Positions 12,401 through 24,400 of a DNA stretch of 64,000 nucleotides are shown here, piece by piece. Origin of the DNA: Lama guanicoe (lineage: Eukaryota); contig MU053216.1 in assembly GCA_013239625.1 (NCBI GenBank), forward strand, positions 1,576,943 through 1,640,942, in the 5' to 3' direction. The notes under the pieces are model-generated. The model did no database searches. It saw nothing but the letters and a program-made list of their open reading frames with translations, and was not told where the DNA came from. Numbering within the stretch: the stretch's first letter is position 1; each line of letters begins with the position of its first letter. A program made the position numbers and the translations under genes.

Positions 12401-15400
12401 GATTTAGGGGATTGGGGCCACCGAAGGGTTTTCAGTGGAAGGAGAGGGACAGGAGCAGACTTTGTCTGAGTGGACTCCTCTGGAGAAGGTGTGAAAGGTG
12501 GAATTAGGGGAGGAAAGACGCTGGCTGGGAACGTTGTGCTCTTAGGGGGCTGTGGTTACGGGGAGAGGTGAGAGTGGCCCGTGGAGGAGCTGGACTCCAG
12601 GGAAGAGAGGAGGTGAAGCTGACAGGCTCGAGAGGTTTTGTTTTTTGATGTGTGTGTGGAGACACAGATGGAAGAGGCGGGAGTGATGCCAGGTTCCTGA
12701 GAGGTGTGCACTGTGTAGTGGTGAGAGAAGGCAGATGACACGGCCGGAGGAGCCCCTCCGCTGTGGAGGCGGCAACGCCCAGCACAGGCACATTGCGGGG
12801 ACGCCGGGCGGTTTGTGTGGGGCCGGGGTCAGCGCAGCCCTGGAGCCTGAGGAGTGGTGGTCGCCCATACAGCGGGTGATTTTAGCGTTTGGCGCGGACC
12901 ATTCACTTCAGGTGGATTTAACAATCCGTACCTGTAATTCAGGTTAACTACTTTTCTGATTTCTTCTAGAAAGCAGGCATTACGTTTCAAATGGACAACC
13001 ATCTGCCAAACCTGGTCAACCTGAATGAAGACCCTCAGCTGTCGGAGATCCTGCTGTACATGCTCAAGGAGGGGACGACCACGGTCGGGAAGCACAGACC
13101 CAGCTCCGGCCACGACATTCAGCTAGCGGGGGTGCTGATCGCCGAGGACCACTGGTACGTTCGTCCTCTCAGAGAGGCACCTGTTCACTTTTCCGCAGGT
13201 TTCCAGGTCTGGGTAACTTTGGTTTCCTTCACACGAGGCATTCATTTGTCAGTATAACCCTTCAAATGCATGTTTCAGCCACAAGAAACCGACGGGGTGG
13301 CTGTCTGGTAAGGATGGCAGGTCCGTTACTCTGGACACGAGGTTGTGATGCAGTCACGCTCTGGCCGTGACCGTTGGCTGAGGGACAGTGTCTCTCCTTG
13401 GAGTCACAATCATAGGCATGAAATGGAGCTTCTGTTCACCACGTGTGGCAGGAGCTCTGGCTGGACAGACAGATTAAGACGTTTCATTCACAGGAATCGA
13501 GCCAGACTGTGTGCATTGCTGGAATGGTAGTGTGTGTAAACCACTTCGGCTCCATGGTGTGTTTTCAGGGCTTACCTGTGTCGATGCTCTCTGGTCCCAC
13601 TGCTGTGAGGAGCTCTGCTGTGTGAATTCACTTGTCTGCTTTGTCGCCTACTTCATGGTAGACATTCGGCGGTTTCTCATGTTTTGCCCATCCCGCTGCT
13701 CTGAGTCCTCTTGTTCGCGTCTCCTCTCCTGGTGCAAACGGGAGGGGTTTCTCAGGAGCAAGCTTCCCGCGAGAGGAACTCAGACGTGCCCTCGGGGCAG
13801 CCGGTGGGAACCGGGCGCCAGTTCCCTGTCTCCCCAGCGTGCTGTGTGAGTGTGATGAGTCCCCACCCTGTGGTAAAGTCACCTTAAAGTTTGGGACGCA
13901 CTGTTCAGTCGTGCGTCTCAGAGATGAGTGGCATCAGGAAGTGTGCGTCCACCTCTGCGAGGCAGCTACGCCGGGTCTGCAGGGCGGCTGTCGGTTCTGC
14001 TGCCGGTGGCGCTGGGGGCACCTGCTGCTCCGCATCCCTGCCGGCACCTGGTTCTGTCGGATTTCGCGCTGCTTGGCTGAACAGGAGATGGTATCTCGTG
14101 GATGTGTTTTGCATTTCTTTGACTAATGGTCATCATATATTCATTGGCCATTTTAGCTGGTAAAGTAAAGAAAGAGGGGAAGTTCAGGTCTAGCTTGTGC
14201 CCTAAAGAAAAGCTGCTTGGAGTCTGGTGTTTGTCGGGCCTGGAGAGATGTCTTATGTTAATGGAGGACTCAGGTGGAGAAGAGAAGCAGACAGGCAGAT
14301 CCAGCTGGGGCTCTTACGGGGAGACGGTGGCGGGTAAGGGGCTTGGTTGCTAAAGCCAGATTGGGGGTGTCCAGAATGCTAGGGAACGCCACGGGCTTTT
14401 GATGGCAGAGTAGGCAGACCAGGAGGGAGGAGGCTTCTGAACAGGCCGGGGATGTCTCACCCTCCCTGGCTCGGACACGCCTGGTGGGAGGGCGCTGCGC
14501 CGCTCGCCCCGGGTTCCCTTGTCTGGATGCTCGCGCTGAGCTCCGGGTCTTTCCCGCGGCTCTCGGAGCCTAGTCTAGAGCGAGAGGCTTTTGTTGGGGA
14601 CTCGGCTTTTGCTGCAGTTTGCTCTTTCTTTCTATCCAGTTAATCCAAAGATGAGCCGGATTTTGGAGTTGCTTTCCTGTTTTCTGAATAAAAAGATTCG
14701 AAGGGATCTGTAGCATTTACGGCTGATTCTCCACAGGAGCATCTCACGCGCGGGGTCCAGCTGAGCGGGTGACCCAGGAGTGTGTTTTCACCTCCGCGCT
14801 TCGCCTTCTGTGCTGCCCCAGTTCTCGCCCTAGGACAACGCTGCGTGCGCCATTGTTAGAGCTTGTATATAAAGCCAGGAATCAGAAAAGTAAAAAATGA
14901 CGCCAGAAACTGCTTCATTCATAAGTAAACCACTGCCAATAGTTAATGTTTTTTTCCTTTAATTTTTTTCTTTTGGGGTGAGGGGAGGGTTTTTTTTTTT
15001 AAGTAATTATAATCAAAATACAGACAATGGAAATTCTTCCCACCACTGGTGGATCGCCAGGCTTTTTCACCAAAAGTTCAAAATCTAGCTGTAGGAAAAT
15101 AAGACAGTTTTCAGTTGTCACAGATTGGTGTGGACTTTACACCAAGGAGGAGCCGGGGCGGACTGTCCGTTTCTGCTCGTCCGTGCTGCAGCTGTAAGTG
15201 TGCCCCTGTCTCCACAGCACCATCAGGAATGTTGATGGCACCGTGAGCATCACCCCGGTGGGCGAAGCAAAGACGTACGTCAATGGGAAACTCATTTTGG
15301 AACCCACGGTGTTACATCATGTAAGTTGGCTGCTGCTAAGTGTGAGAAATTGCTTGACTTTGGGGATGGAGTCTAATTTTTTTGAGCCGGGGTCTCCTCT

Positions 15401-18400
15401 GTAAGGTCCGTAGTGAACCAGATGCAGGGCTTTGCAGCTCCTGCGGCCTCTGTCCTGGCGTCTCACCAGTCGCCTCCCTTTGGGCAGCGACCCAGGCCCT
15501 CTGGCAGCCAGCCAGTGCCAGGAGGCTGCCCACGTGTCTGGTGAGAGCGGGGCTTTGGAGTCAGGCCAGACCGGGTTGAAGCCCGGGCCCTGCCATTCGT
15601 TGTGACCTCAGTTATGATGTTATGATGTGAGGGCGATTTTGTGTCACACATCAGGACACTTCTGAGAGCATTTTTAGTAATAACTACATTAGGAGAACAG
15701 GCGTAAGCCATTCTGTTGCAGGCAGAGCAGGACATATGGTCACTTCGTGTGCGTCCTGTCTCTCAGGGAGGGGTGAGAGAGGAGGACACGAAAGAATCCA
15801 GAAAGTTCTTAATACAGTGTCTGCCAATAGTAAGTTCAGCAGGTGCTTATGGATTGCTGTTACTGCTAAGCTCTGTGCTTGATCTAGTTTCCTCGTTCCT
15901 AAAACTGGGGTGATAACACACGCCCCACTGCGTGGCTGTGAGCCGCCAGGGAGGCGGCGTGTTTGAGGGAGCCCCTGCTCAGTGCTAGCTGCTGGTCCGT
16001 AGGCCTGTCATGGGCGGCACTAGGTCACGCTCACTGCTGGGCGTCGGGGTTTGTCCCGTGCAAGTTCTGGTTCAGACTCACCTCAAGTCGTGCATTTCTC
16101 GTGTGCTTTAGGGTGATCGGGTGATTCTTGGTGGCGATCACTATTTTAGATTTAATCACCCAGGAGGAGTCCAGAAAGGGGACAGACCATCCGGTAGAGA
16201 CACTCTTATGAGCGAGGGTGCAAAAGACTTTGAATTTGCAAAAAACGACTTGCTCGCGGCCCAGAGAGGACAGTAAGTATTATCGCTGGCGTGGAGCAGT
16301 GAGCATGTGGGAGAGGGCGCCGGGGTCAGGATCTCCCCGCGTTCGTTCACCTGGAACACGTTTCCTGAGCAGGTGCTGTGTACCTGCCCCTGTACCAGGT
16401 GCTCGGGCTGGAGAGGGCACTGGGGACGTAGCTCCTGCACTGGAGGAACCCGTCCTCTCTCAGGACAGACAGACAGACAGAGCCCTGCATCTTAGAGGAT
16501 ATGGATGATTACAGAGTTTTAGGCAGACGTAAGACAGACATGATCAGAATCCCATCTCCAGAGGGGCCGCCGTGCTGGGTGTGGAGAGTGGAGCCGAGGG
16601 GCAGGGCCCAGCCTGCAGGTGCCACTTGCGGGCTGTTGAGGCGCCGAGAACGTCCGCGTCTGAGTCGGGAGAAACGTCCTGGAGGAGGAGGAGCAGCAGG
16701 GCTGGGTGGGCGGGGAGGGCCGGCAGGGGCTCAGGAAGGACTCGGCGGGCCGGACGGATCCGCTTTGTCACCTTTTGAAAAAGTCTGAACTTGATTTGCC
16801 CTCTTTTTTTTAAGTTGTACAAAGTACTGACATAAAGTTCACCTTTTTAGCCATTTTAAACGACAGTCCAGTGGTGGTAAGCACATTCGCGCCGTTGTGC
16901 GGCCATCACCATGTTCCATCTCCGGAACTTTTTCTTCGCCTGACTCAACCTCCGTACCGCTGCACGGTGGCTCCTGCTCCCCCGGCCCCGGGCCCTGCTA
17001 GCCCCTGGCCCTCTTTCTTTTAGTATTCTTACTCTATTTTCAGTAAAATTGGGTATGGAAATTTCTTTGCAGTACAGCTGTTAAAGCATTGACTTGTTGA
17101 GAAGAAAGCAGCTTTCAGTTTCCTATGATCATCCACCCTTTTCCTCTTGTATGTGGAAAGGTGACAAAGCTGATTGCACGTTTTGACTTTTGTTACCCCA
17201 AAACTGGGTTGGCCTCCTGGTGAGTGTTGACCCAAAACACAACCAAACCAAAGATGGAGGAAAGAAAGTTTATTACGTGCAGCAAATAGGAAGAACGTGG
17301 GATCTTTCCCAAAGAGCGTCTCAGCAGGCCTGGGACTAAGCCAGGGGTACCTGCATGTTCCCGAAGGGGCCTGACCGGAGCCGAGTTCAGCGCAGCATGG
17401 GGCGCAGTCGGCAGCGTCGCGGCTTCAGCAGACTGAAGTCACGCGGGTCAGGGAAGGCCAACGTCCCCCTCCCCGAGGTCCCAGCTGACCTGGGGGTTGA
17501 GCCTTCGGGCCAGTCTTTCCCCTTGAAGCAGAGCTGGAGTCTTCACAGCTGATGTGTTGTCCTGTTACCTCTCTTGTCTGATGACCGTTGTCCTCCTGTT
17601 CCCCTAAGATCATACTCCTGAGAGCTGTCCTAGGCAGGCGTTGGGACCCGCCTTAGATCCCAGAGTGGCTTAGGCCAAAAATGGCTTCTCTTCCATCAGA
17701 AAGCCATGCCTGGTTCTCTCCCCAGGGCCTCTGGGGACCCCTACCTGCCCACAGAATGATTGCAGACGACTGCGAACTGTGTCAGTCTCTGCTTTGTCAG
17801 CTCGTGGGTCAGGCTTTTAGAGTCATTCCAGGACACTTGTAACTGGGGACCTAACCGTGAATTGAAAGATACTAATATGTGAAGTAACTTTTGCTCTAAA
17901 CATTGTTAGTTTAACATAAAATACCCACACTTTGTGTTTACTGTAACGTCAACTGTAATATTTACTGCAGTGTTCACTATAACATCATTTTTATATATTT
18001 TTATAAATAGATATTTTATATTTTTATATAAGTCAAAGTACTTTTATATAACTTAAGCAGTAGAAAAAACATATTTGCTTAAATATCGGACATCTGCAGT
18101 GGTAACTAAATTAGAAACCAAATTTTCATTCTTTTATATTTTCTTTGTGTTCAGTTCTAAAGCTAGTAAAAATTTAAGAACACTGTTGACAGAATATCAG
18201 AAATTAAATTTTAAGAGTTGAACTTTGGTTTAATTGAAAACACCCTAATATGGCTGAGAGCTGTTGTAGTTTAGGAAGAGTTCTTGACGACGTACCCTGT
18301 AAACATTTTGCTACCTTGCAGACTTGAGGCGGAAATAAAAGAGGCACAGTTGAAAGCAAAGGAAGAAATGATGCAGGGAATCCAGATCGTAAAAGAAATG

Positions 18401-21400
18401 GCTCAGCAGGAGCTCTCTTCTCAGAAAGCTGCGTATGAGAGCAGGATCAGCGCCCTGGAGGCCGAGCTGGTGCGAGGCAGCCGCGCTCTCTTCCTCGGCT
18501 GGTGCCCCGGGTGACGCGCTGGCCGTGAAGTTCCCTTTCTGCGGGGACGCTGGGGGTGTCAGGGCTCGGGCATGTCTGACTTCTCTTGGGAAGCATGCGG
18601 GGGGGAGACTCCGGGAGAGGAGGGCAGCGGGGGGGCTCTGTCCTGCTGGCTGTCCTGCGCCCCCAGAACCCGCCTCAGGACGGGGTTCCGGAGGGTCTGG
18701 CTGGCAGCCGTCTTTCGTGGGTCAGTGGCCCGGACGGTGGGGGGGCCGCAGGGAGGGACCTCTTCTTTCAGTGAGTCAGTGTCTTGTGCGTTCGTTTGAT
18801 AAAAGGGGCTTTTGTAATTTTTTGGTATTATTTTTGAAGAACTGCTCTGTGTTTTGCCCTATTCATTTTTTATTACTGTTCTTTAAAGAAAGAAGAATCT
18901 CAAAGGAAGAGAATGCAGGAAATAAATAATCAAAAGGCTACTCACAAAATTGAGGAACTAGAAAAGGCAAAGCAGCGTTTTGAGCAGGAAGCACACGCCA
19001 GCAGAAAGCGCTTAGAGATGGAGGCTTTGGCTACAAAACAGGTAACTTCATTTTATTGCTAGTTCGAGCTCTTTCGAGGAAAAGCTGGGTTTTTTTGGTA
19101 AAGAACTTACGGTATCTTGACAGGCGTCGGCCAAAGCCAGGTCCCCACGTGAGAGCCCGTCTGGCCCCCAGATGTGCTCACACAGCATCACACTGATCTT
19201 CTGAGGGACAGCTGTGCTTTCCAGCAAGTCCATTCATATTTTCTCTTTTCCGTGGTCAGCGGTGCTGGGGGACGTGAAGGAGAAGTGACACCGGGGCAAG
19301 GTGCGCGGAGGGGAGGAAGGCACAGCTCTCACACTGGTCACCTCCGGTGCCGGGGGGCGCCCCGTCTGCCTGCGTCTGCCGCCCCTGAGAGCTCATGGCC
19401 GGGCCTTGTCCCCCCAGTCCTGGGGGCTCAGGCGAGAACAGAGGCTCACAGAGCTCCTCACAGAGCCCAGTCAGGAGACAGGAGTGTGGAACCAGAGGCC
19501 GTTGGTTAACCCGGCGGCCGCCTTCCTGTCTCCGCTAGTGGTCCTCCAACCCCTGCCGGCCCAGCGGCCCAGCACCCCCGTGAGCAGTGCGGACCCTCGG
19601 GCCACTCCAGGACTGCCGCCTCGGGCCCAGACTCTGTTCTCACCAGTCCTGGAGGGGCTCTGATGGAGACCGAGGTTGCAGAGCCACCGTTTTAATCTCT
19701 GCTTCGGTTTCTTACATTTTAGCCTTCAAGCTTTACTCTCAAGTGAAGGAAATGCTCCCAGTCACCCCAGAGCCCTGGTGACACGGGACGAGCGCGTGTT
19801 GGCAGATCCAGGACGCAGAGTGGCCAGCGAGCCACCTCAGAGAGTTCTAAGAGAAACACAGAACTGTTTAAATCTTGGGAACAATTGTTATTAGTGGGCT
19901 ATTATAAGGCTTATTGTCAAATGAGATTTTTTTGATGTGCTTTTTAGTCAACAAATGTTCTTGAATATGTGCTTTTTTGAGTAGTTTTTTTCCTTTTTTC
20001 CCCCTGAAGGTATTTATGCTCTTATTAATGGGACAGAAAAGGTTAATCTGTGCCATCAAAAACTCCTCATGGGTTTGTTGTGGGGAAAAAAGTCATTTTG
20101 TAAAAATACTTCATACATCATTTTTTAAAAGCCTTTTATGCTTACTAAAACACATAAAACGGGTTAAACCTTTACGCTTAGTTATAAATCAATAAAAAAT
20201 GTTAAAAAAAAATCAACTGGCAAAAAAAAAAACAAAACCTTTACGCTTAGTAAAACGTGCTGTGAAGTGAGGATTATGTTGTATTACCATTATCTGTCTT
20301 TTTCACAATTTCTCTCTTTGCACATTCCTGTGTGTGGCTCTGTATGAATGAACATCAATCAGGCTCTAGAAGACCACCGGATCCGCCACGCAAAAATTCT
20401 GGACGCTTTAGAAACTGAGAAGCAAAGAATTGCGAAGGAAGTACAGATTCTACAGCAAAACCAGAGCAGCAGGGACAAGCCCCTCACAAGTGAGTGCGCG
20501 GTGCTCTCCCCAGGCGTCTCCTAGGGCCCCGTATCGCTCCATGCAGCGGCTGAGGTGGCAGCTACCTGTGTGTGTTCGAAACGTTTTCTTCTGGATGTTG
20601 CTGGGACTTTCATGAGTCTAGATAAATTTGTGTGAATGATTATTCTTAGAATATTCACTTTTTAGAACATTTAGTTACATAAGCAAATAGTAAACGAAAT
20701 TCCAAGTATTATTTTAATGTGGATCATGCTTTTTAAAATGTCGTAATCTCATTTTATGAGAATTATTATCCAAATTGTGCACAATCATTGGGTGCTTTGT
20801 TTTCTTTCTCACTTGGAAGTTATGTTTTGGTAACTTGCTACATTCCTGTGTAGAACACAGCAAGTTTTTCACGTAAACTTTTTTTAATTATAGAAAATTT
20901 CAAGCAAACTATAGAAGTAGGGATATTACTGCAGTAAACCCTCAGGCAGTCCTGTCCAGCCTCAGCAGTCCCCACCCGCGTGCAGCCTTTTCCACCTGTC
21001 CTCCGTGCCTGCCTCCCTGGCCCATGTGAGCAGAGCCCGGACGCGCGCCCATCTGGCCCGGGCATGCTCACTCTGCGCCTCTAAGCTAGGGCCTCTCTTC
21101 TCCATCACTCTTTGAAGCACAAATTTCATGTTATTATCACACCTAAAATAGAGTAATTTCTTACACTCATCAAATATCTAGTCTGTATTCAGATTTCCTG
21201 GATTATTTCATAATTTGTTGATCTATTTGCTTGCTTGAATCAGGGCACAGACGTGGTCCACACCCTGTGTTTGGTAGGCGTGCCTCTCGGTCTGTCCACT
21301 CGCTCTCCCTTCTCTCCCTGTCTGTCCCCTTGTAACTCATTTATTGGTGAAATCAGGTGGTTTAGTGTTGAGTTTCCCAGATCCTGGGTCGTGCTGACTG

Positions 21401-24400
21401 CATCTCCCACTGTTGCCTGGCGGGTCCCTCTGCCCAGGAGCCTGTGACGCGCCCGTCATCCAGGGTCAGCGCTTTAGCGAGGACGTGCGTAGTCGTGCTG
21501 TGTACTTCGTGTAACTTTGAAACCATTGCTGCTCTTTATATCTGCTGCAAGAGGTAATACGTACATTGGATTAACATACCTTTTTATTCCTCTTAGGTCC
21601 GAAAACAGTGCCTTGCAATGAATACTTGATTTTTTTTTAATCCATATGAATAATGACTTTTATCTTTCCAAAAAATATTTTTAAGGTAATACTGGTTATA
21701 GGTTTGACTGAACAACATAGAAAATGTTTATGATAAAATCTTAAGTTTAAATTAGGGATATGGAATTGTGGTCTGAGATTTGTCTTTATGTCCTGACGTA
21801 TCTCTGTCTGTGTTATCTATCTCTCTTAAAAATTCAGGCAAAATAAAAAAGATTGTGGTTCTATTTAAGTTAAGGCTATGGTATACTTGACCTAATACTT
21901 TGAATATATTAGAAACTAGAGGAAAAAAAGAAAGTCTTTAAAAATATTAGAAGGAGAAGCATTGTCCTTGGCGTTTCCTCTCTTACAAAGTCTTACCCTT
22001 TCTCTGTGAACTTCAGTTTTCTTCCATGTCTTCTTCTTTGAAGCAGCTTTTATTTCACCAGTGGGAGCTGAAGAAAAGTTTCTCAGATACCCCTTTACCT
22101 TCTGTGATACGCAGTTACAACCATTCACTTGAAATCATTTTTCCTCTCGGAGCTGTCCTGTGGGCGGTGCGTGTTCACGTTCGTGCGTGGGTCCTGAGCC
22201 TGCTGTCTGTGCTTTCTGCCAGTTCAGCCAAACTGGGGCTCCATGAAACTCTCCCTGATGATTCAGGAAGCCAACGCCGTCAGCAAGAAGTTAGAAAAGA
22301 ACTATGTTTTTGGCAGGTGAGTAGCTACCTTAATTGTCAAGTACTTCTCTGCTTTAAACTAGTTGACCTTCATATGATTTTTTTTCTTTTGGCTTCTCTG
22401 AAGGCACAGGGTCTACAGGGCTGGTCTGGGAATGAGCGAGCGTCACAGTCCCCATCGACACTTCAGGCCCCTGCTCAGGGCTCACTCTGGAGGGACCCAG
22501 GCTCTCAGCAATTAACACACTAGTAGATTTTATAAACAGAATAATTTTAGATATTTTTGGAATTTACTAATTTTCTTTTGAGTTGAAAATTTATCAGTAT
22601 TTCATTTTTAAAAAATACACATTAGGATTTTTCATTAAAATCTTTTCATATGAGAAGTCATTTCAGTGTAATATGTACCGGACATGAGTGCCGCTCTAAG
22701 AGAAACACGTACCTGCAGGGGGACTGAAGCAGTAGACTGGATTTTCACGGGAGTTACTCTGATTCAGAAAACTGCATGCGTGTGTTTTAGGATAAGCACG
22801 GTTCCTTTGGTTTTTCTTTCAGACACGTTGTCCCGGATAAAGGAGGTGGTTCTGACACGTGTGTTCAGGTCCGAAACCTGCAGCTAGGGGTCTCAACTGT
22901 CTGGAGTCTGGAAAAGTTTGAATCTAAGCTTGCGGCAATGAAAGAACTTTACGAGGTTTGGAATATTATTAAAATCTCTATAAACTTTTTGAAGTAAAAA
23001 GGATAAAAGTGACATGTTCTTATTAAAGAAACTTTGGCAAGTGAAATGAAAGGCGCTCCACACTGCCCAAACCGACCGACACTAATGTGTACTTCCTTCC
23101 CTGCTGCCTGCAGAAGGGGTTTTACGGGTTTAATAGGGTTATGACTGTAATAGAGAAACTTAGTGCTGAATATATTCAGTTACAATTGTGTTTTAAAATC
23201 TTACATTTAAACGTAAGGGAAGAAGGACTTCGACAGGTGGCAGTGTGCGTCACGTGAGTTACCGCCAGTGCCCAGCACTGCGCTGTCACGTGATCACGTT
23301 TACCCCCTCAGGGCCGTGCGGCGTGTCCCTGACTATTTGCTGCGCTGAGAGTCACAGCTGCTAGTTGTGCACAGCTCTGCACACGTTAGTTCCTAGTGTC
23401 CTAGTTCCTTGCCGTCTTTCCTAAAGTTGTACCAGAAGTATACATTTTCTGTTAGACTTTGCTCACTGACAGTTTGCCTGCCGGAAGTACTGCCTTTTAC
23501 CAAAGTTACTGGTTTGTTTCACTTTATGTTTTAGTAACTAGTGAATCTGGGGGCTTGACTGTTTCCTCGTTGGTAAAGGATGTGTGCATGTCCTTTGAAG
23601 TTTTTGGCAAGTGAAGTGTGGGTAATGAGCTAACGTCTATAAGGTTCTTAACATATTTTGATAATGATCCTTTATTTTATATTCATTCTATACACTTTTC
23701 CCCTGGTTATATGTTGACTTTTCCTTGGTTTCATTTTGTTATGCAGGCATTTTTAATTTGGCATATTTGAAGCTACATATTAGTCTAGAAATAGTATCCG
23801 TTTCTGAGTCTTTTCTTCTAATTCTTTTTTTTTTTTAACATTTATATCTTTGAATTGTAGAATTTGTTATGGTGTATTGTGAAGGGAATGAACCTAAAGT
23901 TAATTTTTCTCCATATTACTATGTTATTATCCCTAAAACATTTAATGAATAGTTGCAACATAAATTGTGAGATATCTCACCATTAAGTAATGTCACTGTG
24001 TGGAATTATAGTCTGTGCTACTTAGAATAATAACAAGAATGAAGACATTGTATATAAAAACTTGAAGAACCTGGCAAATTACAGCCTTAGTGCTTGAATT
24101 GTTTAACGGAAAAATGAAAATAAACTAAATGGTTAAGTCAGTCTAGGAAATAATAAACTAAAACAAAGGAAAGCAAATGAAGGAATCATTAAAAATAAAA
24201 GCATCTCCCCAGGCAACAGAAGTAAGAGCAAAACTAAGTGAGTGGAACCTAATCAGACTTACAGGCTTTCTCACAACAAAGAGCCATAAACAAAATGAAA
24301 AGACAGCCTAGGGAATGGGAGAAAATATTTGCAAGCAAGGCGCTGACAAGGGCTTAATTTCCAAAATATACAAACAGCTCACACAACTCAATAACAAAAA

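Noticed and set aside
17962..18102. Possible MITE with ACTGCAG inverted ends around an AT-rich core
   Set aside because: The inverted match is mostly the palindromic CTGCAG; no TSD or family resemblance.
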